This document shows, piece by piece, positions 51,524 through 62,000 of a DNA stretch of 64,000 nucleotides; the stretch's first letter is position 1, and every line of letters begins with the position of its first letter. The notes beneath the pieces were generated by a model. The model worked only from the letters and a program-made list of their open reading frames with translations. It ran no database searches and had not been told where the DNA came from. Location of the stretch: positions 248,001 to 312,000 of the forward strand of contig JAHLTZ010000007.1 of assembly GCA_025786725.1 (NCBI GenBank), read 5' to 3'. Both the position numbers and the translations under genes were made by a program. This stretch comes from Syncephalis fuscata S228 (taxonomy: Eukaryota > Fungi > Zoopagomycota).

Positions 51524-54500
51524 TTACATCTGTCCAGTGGATCCAAATCCTGCTTGTTGACGTGTGGTTGATGATAATGAAGCTACTTCTACGAAGTTAA
51601 TATCGGCAATTTTTTCAATAATAAGTTGAGCTGCTCGTTCGCCTTCGTTTATAGTTACAGGTTGTTTGCCGTGGTTGATTATAACAATTTTAATTGATCC
51701 ACGATAATCAGCATCAATTACTCCAGCTAATATATTAATACCATGTTTAACAGCTAAACCGCTTCTTGGTGCTACTCTTCCATACGTTCCTGCTGGTAAG
51801 GCAATGGCAAGGTCGGTGTTGAGTAGTTTATATTGACCCGGTGGAATATTAATTGTTTCCGCAGCGTATAAATCGTATCCAGCTGCTTCTTTAGTACCTT
51901 GTGTAGGTATTTTAGCACGTGGACTTAATAAATTCACTTTCACCTCTTTCTTAATTTTTTCCGTATTTTCCACACTTGCTGTATAAGTTTCTACCACATT
52001 ACTCTCACTTTCTACAAATGGTGGTCTAGATAGTGCATCAGCTACTACATTGCTAATACCTTTCTTATACTCCATTTCATAATTATACTCAGATAATTGT
52101 AATGCCCATCTCGCCAACTTCCTGTTTAAAGTCTTATTCTTCGTAATATACGGTAGTGCTTGATGATCAGTTCGAATAATAACTTTTGTGTGCAAAATGT
52201 AGTGTCGAAACATTTCCAACGCCCATATAACTGCGGCTGCTTCTAATTCAGTTGCACTTAAATTCTTTTCTGGCTTGTATAAACTTCTGCTTGCATAACA
52301 TACTGGATGAGTTGTTCCTTCTGCATCAACTTGCGCTAAAACTGCTCCCATTCCACTATAAGCTGCATCAGTTTCTAATATAAACGTATCTTCAAAATCT
52401 GGATACATTAATATTGGTGTTGTTGCTAACGCCATTTTTAAATCTTCAAATTCCTTTTGTCGTTCCGCGTTCCATTCGTAAATAGCTCCTTTCTTTAGTA
52501 GACTTCTTAGTGATTCAGTTCGTTTAGCGTAATTATCGACAAATCTTCGATAATAAGATGTTAGTCCTAAAAATGACCGTAATTCTGATACATTTGCTGG
52601 TGCCTTGCAGTTGATCATTTTCTTCACCTTTTCTGGATCTGTCATTAATCCTTCTTTGCTGACTTTGTATCCTAAAAATATAATTTCGCGTTCAGCGAAT
52701 CGACATTTCTTCAATTTCAATTTTAAGTTAGCCTTTTCTAATCGTTCTAATGCTGCTTCTAAACGACTTAAATGTTCTTCAAAATTGCTAGCAAATATTT
52801 GTACGTCGTCCAAATAACAAAATACTGATGACCATATTAATCCAGCGAATACTTGTGTCATAAGTCGCGAAAATGTTGATGGTGAATTTGATAATCCCAT
52901 TGGCATAGCGATGCATCGATACATTCCTTCTCTGGTAATAAATGTTGTTTTATCGCGGTCAGCTGCGTCTACTTGTACTTGATAATAACCTGCTGCTAAA
53001 TCAAGTGATGTGAACCAACTTGCGCCTTTTAGTGAATCAAATATTTCATTTATCCGTGGCATTGGATAAACGTCACGCTTAGTTACTTTGTTCAGCTTAC
53101 GATAATCTTGACAAAGACGATGTGTACCATCCTTTTTCTTCACTAAAACAATAGGAAACGCCCATGGTCCATTGGCTGGTTCAACAATTCCTTGTTGTAA
53201 CATTTTGTTGACTTCTTGTGCAATTATTTCGTTATCTTTGGGTGAATATCGGTATGGCGGCATGCTGATTGGTGCTGCATCTCCAGTATCGATTCGGTGT
53301 GTAACTAAATTGGTATGGCCAACATCGTATGAATCTTTAGCGAATAGATGTTTCTTCTTCTCTAGTAATTCCACTAATTGTTGCTGTTGCGTATTGTTGA
53401 GTTCAGTGCTGATACTGGCTAATAAATCGTCTCGTGTAATAGGTGATTTATCCACTTCAGCTGTATAACATTCATTGTTCTTCATTTGTTCCATCATATT
53501 TATACATGCTTTAACAGGTGCTGGTTTATCATCTACATTACTAGCATGGCACATTACTGTTCCAACTGGTATAATTACTTCATCATTAGTTGTATTAATT
53601 AATCGTAATTTCACCTTCTTATTTGGACCATAACTTGGTAATGCTGCTATTCCTTTAGGTACCAATTCCATATGTTCTGGTTCTAGTAAAATTGTACCTT
53701 TTAAAACTTCCTTGTGATTTGGTTTCCACTGTACCGACTCATTGGGTGGGATAATTACTTCTTCTCTTGTTGATACGGCCACATAACTTTCCAATGTTGG
53801 TATTATTTCTTCTTCTGTTTCGTTGAATAGGCTGAGTATTTCTTCATGCGTCCATGGCGATGCTATGGCGGCTATTGGCTTGTCAGCGCGTATTGCTGGC
53901 ATTGCGTGTTGTCGTCTTGCTATAGCTGCTTCAATTTCGGTTGACCATACTTGAGCCATATATTCTTCTTTCTGACGTAGTAAGCTCATATGATTGTCGC
54001 GAATATTGATAACGGCATCCATTTCTTTTAGCCATTCCATTCCTAGCACTATTGAAAACGATCCTCTTGACACATATGGTGAAATAGTACATTCCATACC
54101 TCCAACGATAATAGGTAACTCGCGTACCATTCCTAGTACTGGTTGCGCATCACCGTGAATACCTGTGATAGCTACATCTGCTTCGCAGTCAATTTCAATA
54201 CCATTTTCCTTTAGAAATTCCGCGCCTGCAATTGTAAATGCTGAACCTGTATCCACAATAACTTCTATCGGCTTTCCTTTAATATGTATAATTGCTCGTA
54301 GTGCTTGCGTTTCATTCTTTACTGATAAAAATCCTTCTGCGGTCGTTTTTGCTTGTCTGGCTGCTCTTTTACTGGCATGTGTTGCTTTATTATCGTTCTG
54401 TTGCGCTAGAACTAATTTAGCCAATTCAATTGCTTTTAGCGTTACTTCTGCATTAGCCAGCTCATCTACAGGTGAGAAGGCATCCGACCCTTTGGCTCTG

Positions 54501-55918
54501 GGTGACTGTAACAAAGCCAACATTAAATCTCTATTAAGGTTTGGTGTAACCTTATCCTGTTCACTAATTTCTCTCTCTTTCCCATTACTCTTTTCTTCCT
54601 TTACCATTCGTGGTTTTTCCTCGTCCATTAGTACCGGCTGTACTCTATCCATTTGCATCAACTCTGTATTTTGCAATACTGTAGACTCTTTTCTAGCTGT
54701 TTTAGTCTTACGTGAGTGTGGCGTTGCTGCTTTCCTCTTTTCTGCCATTAAAGCTAGTGTTTGAATCTGTTTAGTGATGTTTTCGAGTTCTTCGTCCGTG
54801 TCCTCCCCCTCCTCTGATGACTCTACGTCCTCGTGGCGTCTTCCATAAGCGTAAAATCCATCTGCTGTTCGTTGACTGCACGTATTCCATCTGTGGTTTT
54901 TATCGACAAGGCCACAATGTGGACATGCTCGTTGCATTGGTCTTTCTTGCCTCTTGTTTAGTGCTGCAAAGCTGATTTTAAGCTTGTTAAGTTCTTCTGC
55001 TAGTTGATCGACTACTGGGTCATATTGCTCCTTTGGACGCGGCTGGCGTGTGTACTGCTGCGTTCTTGTCGGCGTGCGGTACGTTGGTCCAGTTGACTGC
55101 GTTTCCATTGAGTAATTTTTCTTGTAATCATCACCTAAATTACGACGTCTATGGTATTCAAAACGTAGTGCAATTTCTACACGTTCCTCAAATGTCATAG
55201 AATCGATATCTTTGTTTACCTCAAAGTCGCTTATTGCGTCCTTTAAAGGTGTAGTTAGACCTTGTTTAAATTTCTCACTTACCTCGTCGTCTTGAATCAG
55301 GCGGCACAAGCTGATCCTTTTTACCAATTCGCGTAAACGGTCGGCAAAATTGGCCACATCTTCTTTTCCTTGTAATCGGCATTGACTGTATTGTCTGTTC
55401 CACAAATCGCGCATTTCTGGTGTAACAAACCGTTGCACAAACGCGTGTACAAAACAACCAGGCTCAAATCCTCTGTGTTTTTCACCTGAACACCATCGGT
55501 AGATGCGTGTTCTAATACCTGTCCACCATGCCAATGCGGCATCTGATAAATATGTTTCTACTGCTACTAAGCAGTCTTGATCGGTCCAGCGGTTCCTTCT
55601 CGCTGCAGTGTTAAAGTGTTCAAATAGCCAGTTTACTGGGTCTTCGCGGCCAGTAAATGTTTCAATAAATTTGTCGAATTTCATATCTTGATTTCTTGAA
55701 TTCGGTTCATATGCTTGCCAGGCCGACCATGATGTCGGGGAATAAATTGCTTGATTTATTGGTAATTTCTGCGTATTCAGGTACGCCCTTGCTTGTTCTT
55801 CCAGTATCGACCTTACATGCTCCGGTACCAAATCGAGCGGATTGGAGGTCCCTTGCTCCTTAAGTCCGTACGTAGCCTCTTGGCCTCGACTTTCCGGCAA
55901 TTGCTGATTTTTATCCAT
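51524..55918 (-). CDS. Gag-Pol polyprotein (Gag, Zn knuckle, aspartic protease, RT, RNase H, dUTPase) in a single frame
   Basis: CPHC...H...C knuckle; VIVDTGS; DYRKLN, LDLAAGYYQ, MPMGL, YLDD; ETDAAYSGMGAVL, TDHQAL, ADALSR; dUTPase motifs AGYDL, RSGLA, GVIDADYRG, ERAAQL, GFGSTG. First ATG after the PBS is at 55918. Confidence 0.96.
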   Translation of the reverse strand: MDKNQQLPESRGQEATYGLKEQGTSNPLDLVPEHVRSILEEQARAYLNTQKLPINQAIYSPTSWSAWQAYEPNSRNQDMKFDKFIETFTGREDPVNWLFEHFNTAARRNRWTDQDCLVAVETYLSDAALAWWTGIRTRIYRWCSGEKHRGFEPGCFVHAFVQRFVTPEMRDLWNRQYSQCRLQGKEDVANFADRLRELVKRISLCRLIQDDEVSEKFKQGLTTPLKDAISDFEVNKDIDSMTFEERVEIALRFEYHRRRNLGDDYKKNYSMETQSTGPTYRTPTRTQQYTRQPRPKEQYDPVVDQLAEELNKLKISFAALNKRQERPMQRACPHCGLVDKNHRWNTCSQRTADGFYAYGRRHEDVESSEEGEDTDEELENITKQIQTLALMAEKRKAATPHSRKTKTARKESTVLQNTELMQMDRVQPVLMDEEKPRMVKEEKSNGKEREISEQDKVTPNLNRDLMLALLQSPRAKGSDAFSPVDELANAEVTLKAIELAKLVLAQQNDNKATHASKRAARQAKTTAEGFLSVKNETQALRAIIHIKGKPIEVIVDTGSAFTIAGAEFLKENGIEIDCEADVAITGIHGDAQPVLGMVRELPIIVGGMECTISPYVSRGSFSIVLGMEWLKEMDAVINIRDNHMSLLRQKEEYMAQVWSTEIEAAIARRQHAMPAIRADKPIAAIASPWTHEEILSLFNETEEEIIPTLESYVAVSTREEVIIPPNESVQWKPNHKEVLKGTILLEPEHMELVPKGIAALPSYGPNKKVKLRLINTTNDEVIIPVGTVMCHASNVDDKPAPVKACINMMEQMKNNECYTAEVDKSPITRDDLLASISTELNNTQQQQLVELLEKKKHLFAKDSYDVGHTNLVTHRIDTGDAAPISMPPYRYSPKDNEIIAQEVNKMLQQGIVEPANGPWAFPIVLVKKKDGTHRLCQDYRKLNKVTKRDVYPMPRINEIFDSLKGASWFTSLDLAAGYYQVQVDAADRDKTTFITREGMYRCIAMPMGLSNSPSTFSRLMTQVFAGLIWSSVFCYLDDVQIFASNFEEHLSRLEAALERLEKANLKLKLKKCRFAEREIIFLGYKVSKEGLMTDPEKVKKMINCKAPANVSELRSFLGLTSYYRRFVDNYAKRTESLRSLLKKGAIYEWNAERQKEFEDLKMALATTPILMYPDFEDTFILETDAAYSGMGAVLAQVDAEGTTHPVCYASRSLYKPEKNLSATELEAAAVIWALEMFRHYILHTKVIIRTDHQALPYITKNKTLNRKLARWALQLSEYNYEMEYKKGISNVVADALSRPPFVESESNVVETYTASVENTEKIKKEVKVNLLSPRAKIPTQGTKEAAGYDLYAAETINIPPGQYKLLNTDLAIALPAGTYGRVAPRSGLAVKHGINILAGVIDADYRGSIKIVIINHGKQPVTINEGERAAQLIIEKIADINFVEVASLSSTTRQQAGFGSTGQM

Positions 55919-55920
55919 GG

Positions 55921-55937
55921 TCCTGGTGTGCTCGCCA
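55921..55937 (-). promoter_or_regulatory. Primer-binding site TGGCGAGCACACCAGGA
   Basis: Starts with TGG (complement of tRNA CCA) 5 nt inside the 5' LTR. It does not match the adjacent tRNA-Cys, and the primer tRNA was not identified. Confidence 0.8.
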
Positions 55938-55942
55938 AATAA

Positions 55943-56338
55943 TGTCGTCAAAGTCACTACTTTCTGACTATCGTAGGACTTGATCAATAGAATGTGTGTG
56001 TTAGATAAGACAGTTCAACAATTGGATGTAAGATATCGTTTATTAGTTAATAAAATGAGTTGGTTTTTATACTAAAATAATTAGTATAGCCGTGTGATAA
56101 TAGTAATAATAATAATAATAGTAATAATAATAATAATAGTAATAATAATAGTAATAATGATACTATGACGTCGGCGATCATCGTCATAAGATCATGGGTT
56201 AGTCAGGAGTGAGTTCATATGGCTAGTCATCGGATTGATCATATGAATAGATAATTCATATGACTAGTCATATGGTGAATATTTGGTGCCGGGTGGAGTG
56301 GTGTGTAATTTAGTCAGGCAAAAATTCAAAGTCCGACA
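55943..56338 (-). repeat. 5' LTR
   Basis: Direct repeat of 49730-50125. Confidence 0.96.
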
Positions 56339-57540
56339 GCCTAACTAAATTACACACCACTCCACCCAGCACCAAGTATTTACCATATGACTAGTTATAT
56401 AAATTATCTATTTATATGATCAATCCGATGACCAGCCATATCAATTCACTCTTGAAATAACCCATGATCTTATGACGATGTTGATCGATTGCCGACGTCA
56501 TAATATCATTATTACTATTATTATTACACGGTTATACTAAAATAATTAGTATAACCGTGTAATGATAATATGACGTCGACAATGATATTGACGATCAATA
56601 TCGTCATAGGATCATGGGTTAGCTCAGGTGTGAATTCATATGGTAAATACTTATTGCTGAATGGAAGTGGTGTGTAAATTAGTCAGGCAAAATTTCAAAG
56701 TTTGACACTAGTAACAGGTAATAATTCACCATCACTTAGTTTTTACCATATAAATTAACAACAATATGTATTCTCATCATCATAATATACTACTACTATT
56801 ATATTAAGTAAATATTTAGTATATAAATTATTAATTAATTAAATAAATATAATATTACATCCGATTGTTTACTGTCTTACCTGTATTCACATACTTTTAT
56901 TGTTCAAGCTAATACAATACTTAAAAAGTAGCGATTTTGATGACAGAGATAAATTAGAAAAGAACGCAGTGATGTGACTTTATAATGTTTAGATAATTGC
57001 GCTTTAAATACGTGAATTAATAAATGTTGATCATTATGCGAACAGCTACTATCAGGACTTTTACTAGTATTTAAAGGTTAAAAATACTACAAATACATAG
57101 ACAATAAGATAGAAAAAAAGGTTGTTTTATTACAAGTTGTGTACCAATTGTATGATTTATATAGTCTTAGAGTAGCGTAATATATAGATACACTGCTAAA
57201 GCTAGTGCTTGTTTTTATATAGTAAAGCTGAAAGAATAGTAATGAAAATAATAAAATATTTGCTAAATGACAATAGGAAACAAACAAGTAAGCAAATATA
57301 TTACTAATTGGCCATGTGACAACATAATCGCTATTTAGATTGGTAAATGGTTAATGGTTGTATTAAGACGACAACTGCTTTATTAATAGATACATTTAGT
57401 AATGTGCACTAGTAGACACATCACTGTAATGTATAATAATGTGTAAAAAATTTAAAACTGGCCACAAAAGTAGCAATAGCTTTACATAGAATAAGTCAAA
57501 TTGTATAGTATTTTGCACAAGTATTCATATGATATATAGA

Positions 57541-58590
57541 TAGCTATTGATAAAGTATACCGCAATTACATAGCGCGATAGTGTAATGGTAGTGATGATA
57601 CGTTAATAAATGTGCAAAAATAGCAGTTTTTTACTGTTTATGGCTTGTATAATTAAAATACAGCAAAATAATTGGCAGATTCGAGTTCCTCATGCTAAGC
57701 TTTACCGTCTGGTATAAGATTTAGAACAATGATTTTTGCAACAAATGTTAGTCAAAAATGCAGTCTACGTATAAATTAACAAAAAGTGACTAGACTTTAT
57801 AATTTCAAGCAATTTAATACTAATAATTAAATTTGGCTTAAAGTAAATTCAAAGCATTCTACAACACTAAAACAAGCATAATAAGTTGTTATGCATAAAT
57901 AACGACATATAGTAGTAAGTTATGCCATATATTTACATATAGCAGATTTTCATTAAGCTACTTATGTAAATCGTATTTTTGACTAACATTTGTTGCAAAA
58001 AATCATTGTTCTAAATTTTATACCAAACGGTACAGCTTAGCATGGGGAACTTGAATCTGCCAACTATTTTGCTGCATTTTACTTATACAAGCCATAAATA
58101 GTAAAAAGCCGCTATTTTTGCACATTTATTAACGTATTATCACTACCATTACACTATCACGCTATGTAATTGCGGTATACTTTGTCAATAGCTACCTATA
58201 TGTTATACACACACTTATGCGAAGTATCGGATAACTTGCTTTATTATACGTAAAGTTATACGTATTATTATCGATGCTTTACTATATGTATTTAAACAAT
58301 GTAAACTGCATTTTTGACTAACATTTGTTGCAAAATCATTGTTTTAAATCTTATACCAAACGGTACAGCTTAGCATGGGGAACTCGAATCTGCCAACTAT
58401 TTTGCTGCATTTTACTTATACAAGCCATAAACAGTAAAAAACTGCTATTTTTGCACATTTATTAACGTATTATCACTACCATTACACTATCACGCTATGT
58501 AATTGCGGTATACTTTGTCAATAGCTACCTATATGTTATACACACACTTATGCGAAGTATCGGATAACTTGCTTCATTATACGTAAGATT
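57541..58590. repeat. Cluster of three copies of the ~300-bp repeat (one inverted, two tandem)
   Basis: 57541-57845 (-), 57965-58262 (+) and 58300-58590 (+) all match 16875/16951-17250. Confidence 0.9.
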
Positions 58591-58982
58591 ATATTTAAGA
58601 TTAAAGTTTTTATTAATTAAATAGTTACTATTGGTTTATACATTCCATTGAATTTTGTCACTTAATTACACTAAAATTGTATTTTTATGCTTCCGTATAA
58701 TTTCATAGCATTGACGCAATGATTTCAATTTTGAATTTGTAAGCCGAGTTTTGTCAGCTTTTTAAAGTATCATGGTGAATTAAATCTGTTTATTATAATA
58801 AAAGTTATTATAATTAAAATATTGCATCTTTACGATAACTGTATTTCTATCATTACAAGATTATAATTACATTACTATGACAGTGTGACTAAAATACATA
58901 ATGTAATTGGGCAATCTGCTAAAGTGGCTTGTAGTTAGTTACAAAAGCAATATCTATCAAATATCAACACTAGTTACTAGAA

Positions 58983-61358
58983 AGGGAAATTTTGAAAAAT
59001 ACACCGTTTCTCAGTTTTAATTACAAAAATACTTTTTTTCTTGTTTTATAAAATAAATACACTGCTTTTCACTTTTATTTAGGAAAATACGTTGTTTTTA
59101 AACTTTACCATAATAAATTATTATTTTTAAGCATATTGTAATAAATTTAATAAATAAAAATAAACCGCTTTTGATTTTATTTATCAAAATATACCGTTTT
59201 GAAAATATATCGCAATGTCTACCAGCTTATTTAAAAAAGCTATATTTAACAGCATTGAAGAACTAAGTATTGCTGTTGACGAGTTTAAGCTTGTTAACGG
59301 TTGCAATTTAAGAGGAAAAATAGTGATTCAACAAGATTACAGCTTATTTGCCTCATGAAGACCATTTTAGCAACAAATGTCAGTTTGTTTTGACTGCCAG
59401 AAAGCAGAAAACTGGCTTAGTAAAGATTGTTCAATGCAATCTTGAGCATCTTAATGACTGTCCATATAACACGGGTAATGGTACTATTAAGTCTATTGCT
59501 AAATATATTACGAATGATGTTGCTACATTCTCAATTGTAAAACCAAAAGATGTACAAATAAAAGTATCAAAGTAGGTACATATTTGATTATTTAATATAC
59601 ACTAACAACTGTAATAGTTCAACAGGAGTTGATATTTTTTATTACAAAGCTTGGTCCGCCCTTAATTCGATAAAAAAGAATGATATTAACAGCAATATCA
59701 ATTCTTTTTCACTTATTAAAGATTACCTTATCAAATTCGAACATTTTAATCCGGGTTCTGTTCAGCACTTCTCGCAGAACCAGTCTGGTAACTTTGAAAG
59801 GGCATTTTTATGTCCTTCATCAGCTATTAAAGCTTACCAGTATACTCGTAAAGTACTGGTAATTGATGGCTGCCATTTAAGTTCTTCTTATGGCGGTGTT
59901 GCTCTTACTGCAGTTGTTAAAGATGGAAATAACAATATTTTCCCTTTGGCTGTTGCTATAGTATCTCATGAAAATGAAAACAACTGGGTCTATTTTCTTA
60001 AACATCTATCAGACTCAATACCTGAATTAAAAGAAAGAGATCAAGTCATCATTAGCGACATAGATAAAGGAATAGAGTCTTCGATAAAAACTGTATTTCC
60101 CTTGGCACACCGCTCTGCATGTGTTGCTCATATCGAAAGAAACATCAATGCTGAATTTAAAACAAAGCTTAATGGTTTAATATGAAAAGCTGCAAAAGCT
60201 TTAACTAGTAAAGAATTTGATGGTATTTATATTTATTTAAATTACATTCAAAGTACTAATTTATTTTCTAGATTCAATGAAAATGATACGGTCATTAAAT
60301 GAGCCAGCTTATAACAAGCTAATAGACTCAGCAAAAAACTGGGCTAGATCATCTTTTAAATGGCCAAGATTTGGTTGCGTTACTTCAAATTCATCAGAGT
60401 CATTGAACTCATGGATGAACAACCTTCGGAACAAATCCCATTATCAATTTTTTACTGGATTTGTCACCAAAGTTGGAACTTTGTTGTATAAACGTAGAAT
60501 TAAGTATTCACAAGCTCAAGGATTGCTATCTAATAATAGCTATTTGTTGTATAAATCACCATTAACTGACGCCAATAATTATATAATTGACGATTATTCT
60601 GATACCAAATTTCAAGTTAAAGATATCAAGTCTGGTATTGTCAGAACAGTAGATTTAACTGCAAAAACCTGCACATGTGGATACTGGGAAGAGATGAAGT
60701 TTGTTTGTAGTCATGTGGCAATAATTTTGAAGAATCTTAAGCTCTTATTAGATGATTTTATTGATAAATCTTACACCATTGATTATCTAAAAAAAGTATA
60801 TGCTCTAGAAATTTGTCCGGTTGAAATGGAATCAATTACTGCGGACATTTCATGTTTGCCACCGACAATAACGAAGAAAGCCGGTAGACCAAAAGTTAAA
60901 AGAATTAGATCTTGTGGTGAAGCTTTGGAAGCCTCTCAGCGATATGCTTGTCGCAATTGTAGCTCAAAAGGACACAATACAAGAACATGCACTGTAAACA
61001 CTAGCATTAATAACATTGAAACAAGCATTTTTATTGAGGAACAAATACAAACTACTAGTGAAACGGCTATCAAAAAAAGAAAGCGTGTTATTAAAGAATG
61101 TTTAATTTGTGGTGAACGCCATTACAAGAAAACGAAGTGTGGGGTAAATAAAAAATGATTTTATTTATTAAATTTATTTAATAAACAAAAAAATAATTTA
61201 TTATGATAAAGTTTTAAAAAACAATGTATTTTTCTAAATAAATTTGAAAAGCGGTGTATTTATTTTATAAAACAAGAAAAAAAGGATTTTTTTTAGAATT
61301 TAAAAAAAGTATTTTTGTAATTAAAACTGAGAAACGGTGTATTTTCCAAAATTGCCCT
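58983..61358 (+). mobile_element. MULE/Mutator DNA transposon with ~180-bp TIRs
   Basis: TIR AGGGAAATTTTGAAAAATACACCGTTTCTCAGTTTTAATTAC... versus ...GTAATTAAAACTGAGAAACGGTGTATTTTCCAAAATTGCCCT. Degenerate 9-bp TSD TTACTAGAA/TTAATAAAA (7/9). Confidence 0.9.
59215..61158 (+). pseudogene. MULE transposase pseudogene
   Basis: VIDGCHL, FPLAVAIV..E..NWVYFL, IISDIDKGI, CVAHIERN, TSNSSESLN, SWIM CTCGYWEEMKFVCSH, knuckle CRNCSSKGHNTRTC. Frameshifts near 59315-59355, a premature TGA at 60183-60185 and two short introns. Confidence 0.88.
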
Positions 61359-62000
61359 TTAATAAAAGCTTGAATCAATGTTGAATATAATTATTTATTG
61401 TAAAAGTATATAGATGTTAAATGAATATCAAGAAACATACAGCTCAGTTTCTATATACATTTCCAGGATAGTTGTAGAATGTTGATGCTGGGTGTTTCAA
61501 GTTAATACAAGGAAACAGAGACCAATTTATTTTAATTGTTCAATATTCACGCACAAAATTGTGCAATTTGTAGTTTATAGTGCCCATATGTGTTGACAGA
61601 CGCATGACATGTATATTCCGTTTACTAATGGTGAAGATCAAAGACTGTGTTCGAACTTGTTATTGCCAAATACTATGATACAAAATAGCTAGCTTTACGT
61701 TTAAAAGCCATATTCCAGATATTATCTTGTATAGAAAACAGCTATATAATTGCCAGGCTTTTCTTAATAGATGTAAGTAAACAAAATTGTGAAACAATAG
61801 CTGTTGTCTTTTAAATCCAATAGCAATTTATTTGAGCTGATTGCTTTTAATATAATATAATACTAGTGCAAATAAAACACCAATTAATGTCTTTACGAGT
61901 AAATATTTGTATTTATTGTATTAGCCACTGTGTACCAAATAGAATGTGAAAAATATAGTATTTATTCTAGTATCTAATACATGTATTCAATAACATAAAA

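Larger units (their letters stand above)
49730..56338 (-). mobile_element. Full-length Ty3/gypsy LTR retrotransposon encoding a dUTPase
   Basis: 396-bp TG...CA LTRs at 49730-50125 and 55943-56338, with no differences seen by eye. 5-bp TSD GCCTA (49725-49729, 56339-56343). PBS present; PPT-like ACGGAAGGGTAA abuts the 3' LTR. Order gag-PR-RT-RH-dUTPase, then IN. Confidence 0.97.
49706..56707. mobile_element. Palindromic LTR-derived element (~390 bp: 49706-49729 plus 56339-56707) split by the full-length retrotransposon
   Basis: Begins TGTCGGACTTTG and ends CAAAGTTTGACA. Both arms match the U3-end half of the LTR in opposite orientations, with a perfect 18-bp hairpin at the axis (56523-56563). 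Confidence 0.8.

Noticed and set aside
51229-51546. 105-aa hydrophobic ORF bridging Pol and integrase
   Set aside because: Non-ATG start, in a different frame from both Pol and IN (it would need two frameshifts), and its hydrophobicity follows from the T/C-rich spacer.
54165-54764. 199-aa antisense ORF within gag-pol
   Set aside because: No recognisable motifs and no ATG start; a shadow of the sense coding frame.
55919-55987. ORF-track start of Gag-Pol inside the LTR
   Set aside because: TTG start within U5/PBS; the first ATG is at 55918.
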